From assembly GCA_010909165.1 (NCBI GenBank), contig MU008178.1, positions 508,369-572,368 of the forward strand: 64,000 bases of DNA, in the 5' to 3' direction. This document shows positions 25,038-36,349 of this stretch, piece after piece. A program made the position numbers and the translations under genes. Each line of letters opens with the position of its first letter. Positions within the stretch are counted from its first letter, which is position 1. This DNA comes from Anthoceros angustus. Its lineage: Eukaryota > Plantae > Anthocerotophyta. The notes beneath the pieces are model-generated. The model was given only the letters and a program-made list of their open reading frames with translations. It made no database searches and was not told the origin of the DNA.

Positions 25038-27229
25038 TCAAGTGGCCAATGTGGCGTGGTAGGAAGAAGGCAAGATGGGTCTCTCTCTCCTTGGCTGTCC
25101 CATTTTGGCTTTGGCATATCTTACCCGACGTCAAGGAGATAAACAGACAAGAAGTTGACCAAAGCGATGCGATTCCTTTCTGTCAGGACGACCGAGCAAG
25201 GATACTCAAGACGGATACCACCCTTATCGGATGATGGCAAGTAACTGTTCTGCAGCTGTGTAAGAGCTTGTGTTGAGCACCCCACATCCTTCAAGACCAC
25301 CACCGGCATAAGTTGCGATACAGGAACCTGGCATGAATATCAAATGGACGACCATCATAGCTATTTTGGTCACCTGAAATTCAACGAAAGCTACTGGTAA
25401 ACCCCCCTTCATCTGCATCTTGATCTTCCGAAAGCCTGGAAATCTGCAGGCCAACGCGTTATCATCTACTCTGTAAGTCAGCTCATGCCTTTTCACAGAA
25501 GTGATAGCGTATTTTAACCATACCTTGCGAGCATGTAAGATAGCTCTTCTTCAGTACAGGTTGAGCCTAGATTAGCAACGAACAAAGTGGAACATGGTGG
25601 ATTGCTACCTGCAGCTGGTGGAGGAGGCATGAGCGAGGAAACCTGCACGATGGCCAAATGGTTAAAACTCTTTTTTTTTTTAATTTGGAATTCAAAAATA
25701 AGTTCAAGTGCAACCAAGTTGTACCATGTTCGACAACGCATCCTGTCCAGCATACGCCGAAGGTATTATCATGTTAGAGGGACTGGAACATAACAAGACA
25801 ATATGTTCAATATCACATAGACATATAGATTAAACCATTTCATACAAAAACATAGAAACTTTAAAACCACCATAAGGACTTGGAAGCTGAAAGTGTGGTC
25901 ACTTGTGCTAGTGCTTATGTTGACCTTTGTGGGGGTGGAAACCCAGGAATGTCGTTGCAAACTGAATGCACAAGCCCATGCATGTGCATAGTGCCGCCGA
26001 CCCCTGTGGGTGTGAAAAGAGTGCAACATATACTAGGTGAGCTGATCTGGGAGTGCATGTGACATGTGGTCCAACTAACTTTGACCCAAATATATACAAT
26101 TCCTTATATCAATAAATGCAATAAGGTTATTGTTAAAACAAGAATAATTAGGCTGACAATTTCAACATCGTGAACTGAAAGCTTGAATGTATAAGAAGAA
26201 AAAAAACCATTTCTTTTTACTACATAGTCATAACAATTATAATAACCTGATGGTGTTTCCGAATAGATGTTGCTCGCGGCAATTGGACTTCTATACTTCT
26301 TGTCATTGAATATTTCATCAATAACATCTACCATGCAATCATCATTTCACATATTATCAAAATCCATCGGTAAATCAATTTCTATATCTTTTACTGTGTT
26401 GTTCTTTCTACCTGTTCGTGGTCGTTTTGTTCTGGAATTTGCTCGTGCAAGTTCTATGTGAAGAGTTCCTCCAGATTGAGGATCGAATTTCATCCCCTGC
26501 AATATCATAATAGTGATAAAATTATACAATAATATATATAATGATCACAAGCATTTACAAGCAATTGGAGATTGGATATGTAAGCACTATTTCTTTAATG
26601 TTTTCGATAACCAACATAAAATCATCGCGTATGGCTCACATGAAGCTTCTGTTTAGCTGCTAGGGCGCAAGCTTGATCACAAAAAACGGCAAACGCTACA
26701 ATCTGGAAACAATATGATAGTGGAGCTCGGAATCACAAACGACCTGTTTGATGATGATTTTCTCAAGACGTTCAAAAATATGTGCTCATTCATGTTTTGT
26801 ACAGCTCGCTAGGGAAACCATCCTATCCCCAGATAGATTCGTGTGACCTGTTGCTGCAGCCTGTGCGGAAGGGAATTCTGACCCGTAGTATTGTGATTTC
26901 GTGTATGAGCTTGGGACCATGTCCAGAAAATGAAAGCGGAATTCCCAGCTATGAAGCTACAGCCATTTGTTTCTATCTACATGGGACTGTGCACACGAAG
27001 TTTGGTACCAGCTAATCTTATCCCCCGAGAACAGTGCAGAATTTGGGTCCAAATCTATGGCACAGAATTTGGGAATCGTGCAAGAGCAAACCTGGTATCC
27101 ACGGCCGGAATACTTCAGTTGACAAGACTCGTACCCTGCATGTGAACGAAACAGATTGTAGATTTCCCTTTCCTTGACGTCATCTGGAAGTCCTGACAAG
27201 AACAATGTCTTCACTTCCTCCTCCCCCAT
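25038..27229 (-). CDS. Two-RRM RNA-binding protein (RBPMS/couch-potato-like plant family)
   Basis: RRM1 KTLFLSGLPDDVKEREIYNLF / IVAFAVF / GMKFDPQSGGTLHIELARAN; RRM2 NPPCSTLFVANLG / GLPVAFVEFQD / GGIRLEYAKAKMG. Multi-exon, stop at 25038; the start could be as far up as 27328. Confidence 0.88.
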
Positions 27230-27882
27230 ATCGTAATAGCACCTCACAGGGTTCTGGTGCTCAGCATCAAGCTCAAAGAAATCATATCTTGGTGTAATAA
27301 GGAGGCAGAAGCCAGACGTTGGCGGCAAGTTATGAGAGCCTTAATCCTGCTGAGTCGGACAACTTGTGGTAGTAGCCCGCCACTTAAGAATGTACTGCAA
27401 GCAACAGAGCTCTCAGCAGATTGTGGGTCCTCTCCGGCTTACCTTGCGCCCGAGATGCAAGCTTCCCGAATCTTCGAGGACACAGCATCTGTGGCAGAAT
27501 TAGGGTAACCCTTGGTGAAGCCTCCTTCACAGTGGAAGGAGGCGGTTACTTCAGTCTCTCTAACAGCGGTCCTGGGAACTTCTGCCGGCGCCACCAGACT
27601 CTCTACCGTAACAGCTTCCAGTTCGGCTGAAGAGCGAAGCGTCGGCAGAAGCAGCGCTAGGAAGGGGGAGGCTAACGCATGTCCTCTTAGGACTGTTGTG
27701 TGGACACGGCAGTTTCCTTTAAGGGGACCCATTGAAGACTGTCGTGGTGAGTGCGGTATTCATATCTTGGTTGTGTCGGTGAGCTACCGACTGTGAGGTC
27801 CGCTTTCTTGAATTTTGCTTCCATGGTCACCGAGCTCACCTTGCGCTGCATCACACCAGAGAAAGGGAGACGGTTGAGCAGG

Positions 27883-30800
27883 ATGCAGATTTTTGTGAAG
27901 GCCTTGTCTGGGAGAACGTTGGTTGTGTCTTGCATCAGCGGTCTCACGACAGTGGGCGCTTTGAAGGATGAGATTGAGGAGCGGGAGGGAGTGCCTGTAG
28001 GTTTGCAGAGGTTGCTCTTCTCCTCGAAGCTACTGGCGGACGAGTCTAGGGGGTTGTCGGAGTATGGAGTTGAGTCGGGATCCAGCCTCAGTCTGTTACT
28101 GCCCTTGGTGGGAGGGATGCAGGCACCTGTGCCCCCTAAACCTAGGCTTGATTTCTTGAATACCAGACCACCAGCGAATTATGTGGCTGGGTTGGGAAGA
28201 GGAGCAACAGGTTTCACCACTAGGTCTGATATTGGTCCTGCCAGGGCAGCTCCTGACCTGCCTGATCGGGCTGCGACGACGATCGGGGGTGCAGGTGTTG
28301 CGCCCGGTGGAGCAGGGAGAGGGAGGGGAAAAGGTGGGGCGGGAGAGGACGATGAGGAGGAGGCAGAGGAGAAAGGGTACGATGAGAACCAGAAGTTTGA
28401 TGAGTTTGAAGGAAACGACATGGGATTGTTTGCAACGGGAGAGTATGACGAAGACGACAAGGAAGCAGATGCTGTCTGGGAGAGTATTGACAAGCGTATG
28501 GACTCGAGGAGGAAGGACAGGAGAGAAGCTCTTGTCAAGAAAGAGATTGAGAAGTACAGGGCCTCCAACCCTAAGATCACTGAGCAGTTTGCTGACCTTA
28601 AGAGGAAGCTGGTGACGCTTACACCAGATGAGTGGGAGAGCATACCTGAGATAGGGGATTATTCTCTGAGAAACAAAAGGAAACGCTTCTTAAGCTATAT
28701 ACCTGTGCCGGATACTCTTCTGGAGAAGGCAAAGCAAGAGCAAGAGCATGTCACTGCACTGGATCCTCGTAGTAAAGCAGCAGGTGGTGCTGAGACACCT
28801 TGGGGCCAGACCCCTGTCACTGATCTCACTGCAGTTGGAGAGGGCAGGGGTACAGTGCTGACAATCAAGCTGGACCGCCTGTCAGATTCTGTCAGTGGAT
28901 TGACCGTGGTTGACCCCAAAGGCTACCTAACAGATCTGAAGAGCTTGAAGGTCTCTAGTGATGCAGAGATCTCAGATATCAAGAAGGCCCGTTTGCTCTT
29001 GAAGTCAGTCATCAACACAAATCCAAAGCATGCACCAGGCTGGATTGCTGCAGCACGTCTGGAGGAGGTTGCAGCGAAATTGCAGGCAGCAAGAGCATTC
29101 ATCCAAAAGGGTTGTGAAGAGTGCCCCCAGAATGAGGATGTCTGGCTGGAAAACTGCAGATTGGCACCCCCTGATCAGGCTAAAGCCGTTCTAGCACAGG
29201 GGGTGAAGGCTCGACCCAATTCTGTCAAATTGTGGATGCAGGCGGCAAAGTTGGAGCATGACGATGCGAGCAAGAGCAGGGTTTTGCGCAAGGCTTTAGA
29301 GCACATACCAGACTCTGTCCGTTTGTGGAAGGCTGTTGTGGAGCTAGCAAATGAAGAAGATGCTCGGACACTGCTCTCTCGTGCTGTGGAATGCTGCCCA
29401 CTACATGTGGAGCTGTGGTTGGCCCTTGCACGTCTGGAAACATATGAAAATGCCAAGAAGGTGTTGAACAAGGCTAGAGAAACCTTGCCCAAGGACCCAA
29501 CGATTTGGATCACTGCTGCAAAACTGGAGGAGGCTCAGGGAAATGCTGCTATGGTTGGGAAAATACTGGAAAGAGCCATTCGCTCTCTGCAAAAGGAGGC
29601 TGTTGTTATTGACAGAGAAGCATGGATGAAGGAAGCAGAAGCTGCTGAGCGAGCAGGTTCAGTAGCTACTTGCCAGGCTATCATAAAATCCACAATCGGG
29701 ATCAACGTGGATGAAGAGGACCGGAAGAGGACCTGGGTCGCTGATGCAGATGAGTGCAAGAAGAGGGGCTCAATTGAGACTGCAAGAGCGATTTACGCCC
29801 ACACCCTCACTGTTTTTCCTGGAAAGAAAGGTGTGTGGCTCAAAGCTGCCCAGCTGGAGAAAAGCTATGGGACTAGGGATTCTCTGGATTCTTTGTTAAG
29901 AAGAGCAGTAACATATTGCCCTCAGGCTGAAGTCCTTTGGCTTATGGGTGCAAAAGAGAAGTGGCTGGCTGGTGATGTTCCAGCAGCTAGGGCCATCCTG
30001 GAGGAAGCATTCAAGGCCATTTCAAATTCTGAGGAGATTGTATTGGCTGCTTTCAAATTGGAGTTTGAAAATCATGAGCCCAAGAGAGCAAGGATCCTTT
30101 TGGCAAAGGCAAGGGAAACGGGGACAGAGAGAGTGTGGATGAAGTCCGCAATTGTAGAGAGGGAGCTGGGTAATCCTGAAGAGGAAAAATCTCTTTTGGA
30201 AGAGGGATTGAAGCGTTTCCCCAACTTCCACAAACTTTGGTTGATGCTTGGTCAACTTGAGGAACGCCTAGGGAGACCAGAGGCTGCAAAGGATGTTTAT
30301 GAACGAGCACTTCGAAACTGTCCGAACAGCGTACCACTGTGGTTGAGCGCTGCACAATTGGAAGAAAAAATGGGGGGGCTGAGCAGAGCCAGAGCTGTCT
30401 TGAACATGGCAAGGAAGAAGAATCCCAGCACTCCTGAGCTGTGGTTAGCAGCTATTCGGGCAGAGGCTAGGGCTCCCAAGAACAAGAAAGAGGCTGAAGT
30501 GCTGATGGCCAAGGCTTTGCAAGATTGCCCAACAAGTGGGCTTCTTTGGGCTGAGGCAGTTGAGATGGCCCCACGGCAGCAGAAGAAGACCAAAGGTGTG
30601 GATGCCCTGAAGAAGTGCGACAATGACCCTTATGTGCTGGCTGCGGTTGCCAAAGTCTTTTGGCATGACAGAAAAGTCGACAAGGCAAGAGGTTGGTGGA
30701 ACCGAGCAGTCACTTTGGCTCCTGATATTGGTGACTTCTGGGCACAGTTCTACAAGTTTGAGCTGCAGCATGGTGGTGAAGACCAGCAGCAGGATGTCCT

Positions 30801-30954
30801 TAAGAGATGTGTGGCAACAGAACCAAGACATGGAGAGAAATGGACCCGCATCTCGAAAGCTGTGGAAAATGCGCATCAGCCTGTTGAAGCTATTTTGAAA
30901 AAAGTGGTGGTGGCGCTAGGCAAGGAAGAAGGGGTTGTGGGGAGTACAGTTTGA
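27883..30954 (+). CDS. STA1: U5 snRNP splicing factor PRP6/STA1 with N-terminal ubiquitin-like domain (intronless)
   Basis: UBL MQIFVKALSGRT..QRLLFSSK, then PANYVAGLGRGATGFTTRSDIGPAR, many HAT/TPR repeats and C-terminal AEPRHGEKW-like ATEPRHGEKW. Confidence 0.96.
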   Translation: MQIFVKALSGRTLVVSCISGLTTVGALKDEIEEREGVPVGLQRLLFSSKLLADESRGLSEYGVESGSSLSLLLPLVGGMQAPVPPKPRLDFLNTRPPANYVAGLGRGATGFTTRSDIGPARAAPDLPDRAATTIGGAGVAPGGAGRGRGKGGAGEDDEEEAEEKGYDENQKFDEFEGNDMGLFATGEYDEDDKEADAVWESIDKRMDSRRKDRREALVKKEIEKYRASNPKITEQFADLKRKLVTLTPDEWESIPEIGDYSLRNKRKRFLSYIPVPDTLLEKAKQEQEHVTALDPRSKAAGGAETPWGQTPVTDLTAVGEGRGTVLTIKLDRLSDSVSGLTVVDPKGYLTDLKSLKVSSDAEISDIKKARLLLKSVINTNPKHAPGWIAAARLEEVAAKLQAARAFIQKGCEECPQNEDVWLENCRLAPPDQAKAVLAQGVKARPNSVKLWMQAAKLEHDDASKSRVLRKALEHIPDSVRLWKAVVELANEEDARTLLSRAVECCPLHVELWLALARLETYENAKKVLNKARETLPKDPTIWITAAKLEEAQGNAAMVGKILERAIRSLQKEAVVIDREAWMKEAEAAERAGSVATCQAIIKSTIGINVDEEDRKRTWVADADECKKRGSIETARAIYAHTLTVFPGKKGVWLKAAQLEKSYGTRDSLDSLLRRAVTYCPQAEVLWLMGAKEKWLAGDVPAARAILEEAFKAISNSEEIVLAAFKLEFENHEPKRARILLAKARETGTERVWMKSAIVERELGNPEEEKSLLEEGLKRFPNFHKLWLMLGQLEERLGRPEAAKDVYERALRNCPNSVPLWLSAAQLEEKMGGLSRARAVLNMARKKNPSTPELWLAAIRAEARAPKNKKEAEVLMAKALQDCPTSGLLWAEAVEMAPRQQKKTKGVDALKKCDNDPYVLAAVAKVFWHDRKVDKARGWWNRAVTLAPDIGDFWAQFYKFELQHGGEDQQQDVLKRCVATEPRHGEKWTRISKAVENAHQPVEAILKKVVVALGKEEGVVGSTV

Positions 30955-31880
30955 AGGACTGGTCTCAGGTGCAAGTTTCGATGCAGGTCTACAGTTTGAG
31001 AGCAGTTTTGCGACGTGCTCAGCTAGGGGCATTCGGTGTATGTACAGGGCTGGTCAATAGTGAGACGCCATTTATTATTACCTCATCAGACCTCTCTGAG
31101 AATCAGCAGGTCATTATCACGATGCTCCAATGTCACTCAAATGTCCATTGTAGTACTGCATGAATACTCATTTGTGTTGGTGAATTTTGTGTCAAAGTTT
31201 TGACCCTGGGAATGTGGATACCTACAGATTCAGACCAAACGGGAGTACAGCACGGACCACAGGTTTGACCTGGTGCTCTCTGATTTTTGTGCATCCCCTA
31301 CCAGCTTGATGCTGCCATTCCCTGATCAGGGAGTGGCAGCACCAAGTTTCCTAACTCGTGATTGAAAATTATACTAATCCTTGATCGCTGTTTAGATCAA
31401 TGTGGCACTGCACCGTTGTACTGTAGTGTGTGAAGTTTCGTCAGAATACCTACTGTTTGAGTACACTCATCAGCGCACATCAAGTCACAAATTGTCACAG
31501 GGACTTCAGTGATTCAGTGTCTCTGTTCGAAGAAGGCCTCGTCTTGTTCCACAGATCCACGGTGATGAGCACTGTTGAGCTCGTATGCCGATCCAGTTTC
31601 GCCAAGTTGCGGAGAAGCTGCTGCCCCAGACTCGAGAACAAGCGCAGCGGACAAGTGCGAAGAGCGGTTCCTGGGAAGACGGTGCTCAATGTCTTTTGAA
31701 GCAAACTCAATCAACACAATCCAGGGGACAGATATATGCCACGCGCTGGAGTATTATTCCTTCTCCAGACTTATTTTCACACTGACGGAAGGCAAAAGGA
31801 ATTCTTCACAGAAGTCGCTAATATTGTGCACTAGTAGCAGAGTAGCGATGTCCCAACGACCATGATCCACTGTTTGTAAA

Positions 31881-32971
31881 TCAAAAATCGAGGACGAGGT
31901 CCTTCCCAGGGATACAACGTGATGCATCGTTCTTCTGGAGATTGGGGCCGTTGTAAGGGTATAGAGTCTTTCTCAACGCCTGAACGTGTTCCAGTCCAAC
32001 GTTGAGAGCTGTTGCCAGAGCTCGATCCGGCAACTCAAAAAGAGCTCCTGCTGCGCTCTGCACGCACCAAACAAACAAGTGTCAATTCAAATGAGCCGAC
32101 AGCGGTCATCCAACACAGACGCTGGAGTCTGGAATGTCGAACGTCTGACAGGGATTTCAAAGCTGCTTACAAGTGTTCCCGGATTTTCGCTGTTCAGAGA
32201 GGAGAGGAACTTTGCGGGTTGGGTTCCCACGTTCAGCTCGTAGTGGAGCAAGCCCCGGGGAAACACCGTCACATCTCCTGGGTGTAGAATGTCGATGTGA
32301 CTTACACCTGTCGATAACCATGACAAGCAGCAGTAAGCAGGCCGTTACAGTTACAATCGCTCGACAATGTGCAACAGTGCAACAGGAGCTCACCTTTGGT
32401 GTCCACGAATCCTACTTGCAGAGGTCCTCCACTTAACAGAGTGAGCATTTCTGAGGCCCGGGGATGAGTATGCGGCAGGTTTATTCCACAAGGCACCATT
32501 TGAAAGCGGACGATGGTGATACCTTGGCCCCTGCTCACAATCAAGTGCACCCGTGCATATATGCGCACATTAGCAGACGGGCCACTTTATTCAAGTTCGA
32601 GGACTGCTTGAAGCTTGCATGCAGACTCTGTCGAGAAGATTTACTTACTTCATTGCAGGGAAGATTGTGGGGTTCAAAGCCGATCGCCTTCCACCTGGCC
32701 CCTGAGACACATCTCCTTTCCTCACGAAATTTCTGAACGTGAACGAATCCACGTCAGCGCCCTCAGTACTGTTGTTCTGGTGGGTGTGGAATCCGAGTTT
32801 GCCAGGGCCCTCGAAGCTGAAGTCCAGTCTGGTGGAGTCTGCGCTGGAGACTCCTAGAATGGGGAGATCCTGCACCGGGTCCGGGTCCGCTGCCTGGACC
32901 CTGACGCCGCCCAGGCACAGCAGGCCCAGAAGCAGCACCGCATGCAGAAGCTGGTGTCTGGCTTTCGCCAT
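31881..32971 (-). CDS. Germin-like (cupin) protein with signal peptide, 4 exons
   Basis: Hydrophobic leader then ADPDPVQD; germin box 1 GINLPHTHPRASE; box 2 FPRGLLHYELN; final exon 32078-31881. Confidence 0.9.
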
Positions 32972-34067
32972 GTTTATCCTTGAAATCACGCCCTCACCCG
33001 CGACGTCGCCCACAAACGATCGACGTAACGTTGGACTGGTCAGCAGCTCAGTTGCAAGCACAGATACCCCTCCTTGCTCGAGCACGACTGTGTAGTCTGT
33101 AGTCCGTGTGCGATGTCTCTGCGATGAGCACTGCGTATGTCTGCTGCCCCAATGCCTGTGGCCGCCACCGGCTGCCCCGTTTGTACATGTGGGTCTCGAG
33201 GGATTCCCCCACTGCTGGTGCCAACGAGCGGTCAGCCAAGGTCTTGCCAGCAGCCAGCGGGGATCGTGATCCACACGGGCCCGCCCGCTCCCCGCTCGGG
33301 ACCGGGAGGTGCATGGAAGATTCAGATAGCGGGAATCGCACACTCATGTCACAGACACAACGGGAACCAGCAGCAGGAAGCCAAGCCGCGGCCGGCAATC
33401 CATGTTCAACCGACTGAAATCCCCGCAAACCCACACTGCCAGGGTGGGGCCGGGCTGCCAATGCGACCAGGTTCCCTGCTCAGAGCAGCCCGCTGCCCTC
33501 CAAGTGGCACCCTTTCCCCGATCTGCCATTTTCCAGCCTGTGCCTGCAAATAGTTTCCGTCTCCACAAAATTTGTCCTGTCCCTGCGACGTTGCCCTTGT
33601 TGCAGCCAGTCTCGCCACAGCCTCGCTCTTGGCTTCACAACGGCATCAAAGGCCTCACTCATCATCCAGACTACTTGCTCTTTTCATGGTATATACGTAT
33701 ATCTCTCCTATTTGTCGCACATCAGGACCATTGCTCTTTACTGCTGGCTCCGTCGTGCACTGAAGGCATCATCAGCGTGGGTATTCCACTGTGCTGGATT
33801 GCAGGGAAATGCTTCTACGCTAGCAGAGAGACGAAAAAGCACACGATTTAGGGCAGCAAAGGGAGAATTCCAGAGGCCGTCACTGTTGGAGGCACATAAT
33901 CAGAACGTTCGACCTTCTCTCTTTCACTCCTCCTCATCACGGAAGACACAAAAAAGACAAGCTCGAAAGTTGTTCTCGGTATATAATGGTACATCCTCAC
34001 ATGTCTCAAAAACTGGTGGCATCGCTCAAGTGGTGCCATTACCTTCGAATCGCTAAGTCTGTTATGC

Positions 34068-34601
34068 ATGTGTTCCTCAGTATTTGCAGATAGGCTAAAT
34101 TTCAGGGGCATTGGAAGTCGAGCATCCACCCCTGCAACCTCAGTTGAAGAGAAGGAAAATGAAAGGCTGATAAAAGAGTTTTACAATGCTCTCGGAAGAG
34201 GTGATGTTTCGGCCATGCAAAGTCTCCTGCCTGCTGAAATTGACTGGTGGTTTCATGGCCCCCCAGCCCACCAACATATGAAATCTCTTCTCACAGGACA
34301 GGCTAGTTTTTCCTCCTTTTCCTTTAGACCACTTGACATTTCAGTCATTCAAAACAAGGCTTTCGTAGAAGGAGCTGGTAGAGCTAGGTTTTCTTCTTGG
34401 GTTCACATTTGGACTTTCAAAGGCGGTTTACTTTGCGAGCTAAGAGAATATTTTAATACAGCGATTTTGGTGTTAAGCCATGAACCTTCTACAGCTACAG
34501 CTGGAGTAATTGGTCCTCATAAGGAGCCTAAAACGTCATGGCAGAATAGTCTATCAAAGCTTAGAGATTCTTCTCTTCCTGGGATTTTGCTTACAATTTA
34601 A
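34068..34601 (+). CDS. Wound-induced WI12/Wun1-like (SnoaL/NTF2-fold) protein
   Basis: FYNALGRGD..LLPAEIDWWFHGPPAHQHMKSLLTG, WVHIWT, LREYFNT and C-terminal SLPGILLTI are family hallmarks. Confidence 0.88.
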   Translation: MCSSVFADRLNFRGIGSRASTPATSVEEKENERLIKEFYNALGRGDVSAMQSLLPAEIDWWFHGPPAHQHMKSLLTGQASFSSFSFRPLDISVIQNKAFVEGAGRARFSSWVHIWTFKGGLLCELREYFNTAILVLSHEPSTATAGVIGPHKEPKTSWQNSLSKLRDSSLPGILLTI

Positions 34602-34909
34602 TAACTTTCAAGTAAGTATTAGTTATAAATAAGCTATCAACAACAAGTTTCTATGTCTCTTACTGGCACTGACAAGTTTCATTTATGATGTTGTGCTTCA
34701 GTTTGACCATGTTAGGAACTACATGTAATAATCATGTGTGTTTATAGTAATGGATGCAAAGAAAAAGACTAGTAGAGGTTATATGGTTCCAAATTTTGGT
34801 GCTTCTGCTAAAAAAACTGGTATCATTTAGCTTCATTGAAACTAAATCTTTTCCAAAAATACAAATTCAAACTTAAACAAGTGGAAAAGTTAGTTTGGAT
34901 GTGTGTGTC

Positions 34910-36007
34910 TTATGTGAAGATGTTCCTCCTTTAGAAGATCTCTCTTGGAGATTTAGAAATCTAACTTCGACTAAAGCTTCGCAAGGTATATTGAGCTAGG
35001 AATAACTTTGTATTTCTATATTGCCTATTTAAAGTGATAGTATAATTATTAGAATTAAATAGTTAGTAACAATTTATGAGTTTTCATAGCAGATTCATTT
35101 TCAGCATTTGGTTCAACTTTACCATCACCTCGTCTACAAGCTCATCAAGGTCATACATCTTCAACTTGATCAAATTAAGAATAAATTTATTAGTTACATA
35201 CAAATATTACAAAAGTGATTAAGTTTTGTCATCAATAGAAACTCCAAGTACTAGTGTTATTCGAGACAAACTTTCACAAGAAAAGTCCGATCATAGCATA
35301 ACACCCCGCAGCCGCTGTCAAGATAAGGTATCTCTCACATATTCCACTTTACCTAAGGCAACAAACAAAGATGTCTCATCTCCAAGACCCTTAAAGCGAG
35401 GATTTTTAAATAATAAACCAAGCAACTCAAACGTACTATCAACTCCAAGAAGCAAAGATGATCAAACTCTTCCATTCCTAAGAGGGAAGCAGACAAAGAA
35501 AAACGATATTCCTGGTATATTTAAATCTTTCTTAAGTATGTGTCTAGTAAAATTTACTCATAATCATGTATGTATTTCAATGTTCAATATCACACTTTTT
35601 AGGTTCTTTTCACCTTTTTCAATGTGCAGATTTTTTACGCATAGGACAAAATGATAAAATGATGAACTTCAAGAAAGATCTAATTAGTAAGATGATAATA
35701 TTTATTCAATTATTTAATTGGATATAATATAAATCTAATACATATATTTCTAACAGGTATATTGAAACCAACACAAGAACTTGTCGAAGAAGTGATGCAA
35801 AACAATGATATAAAAGATGGACTCGAAGATCGTGAGATTATGTGTGCCGTGGAAGATATTGCTATGAATCCAAATGCATACAATAAATACAAAAACAATC
35901 CTAAGATAATAAGATTTTATTCTCGAATGGGTAAATTGATGGAAAGTAGAATGCAAAAACATGAGAAGCTTGAGGACCATCCTGAAAGTGAAATTCTTTT
36001 ACATTGA
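34910..36007 (+). CDS. STI1/DP-domain protein of unknown function (AT-rich, multi-exon)
   Basis: EDVPPLEDLS (34916). An exon ends IPG at donor 35515 and splices in phase to 35757, giving LKPTQELVEEVMQN..GLED..AVEDIAMNPNAYNKYKNNPKI (STI1-like). LKRGFL motif upstream. Start not located. Confidence 0.55.
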
Positions 36008-36349
36008 TGTACGATAAGTAGTAAATTCTTAAGCATCACTAGTATGATTAAAAAGTATAACAGATCAGAACTTCTTCCAGCATTTCTAGAGGTGGTTAGG
36101 TTTAGGTAGGTTGTAACATTTGAATTAAAGATCATAATAGGCTCTATAGTATACAATCTATTATGAATACTACTAACACTAATTTCATGATATTAATGGA
36201 CCGATTAGTTTTCTTCTTTAATAATTCATAGAATCATAAAATGTTACCAAATGTGTAACTCACCGCACCTTCCCCGGCCTTCCCCGGCAGGTAGGTGTAG
36301 TTTGGACCAGTTTACACTTTTTCAGTGTCGTTGAGAGAGCAGCAAGAAG

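Noticed and set aside
27751-27882. N-terminal extension of PRP6 in the ORF track
   Set aside because: It begins at a non-ATG codon; the ubiquitin-like domain starts cleanly at ATG 27883.
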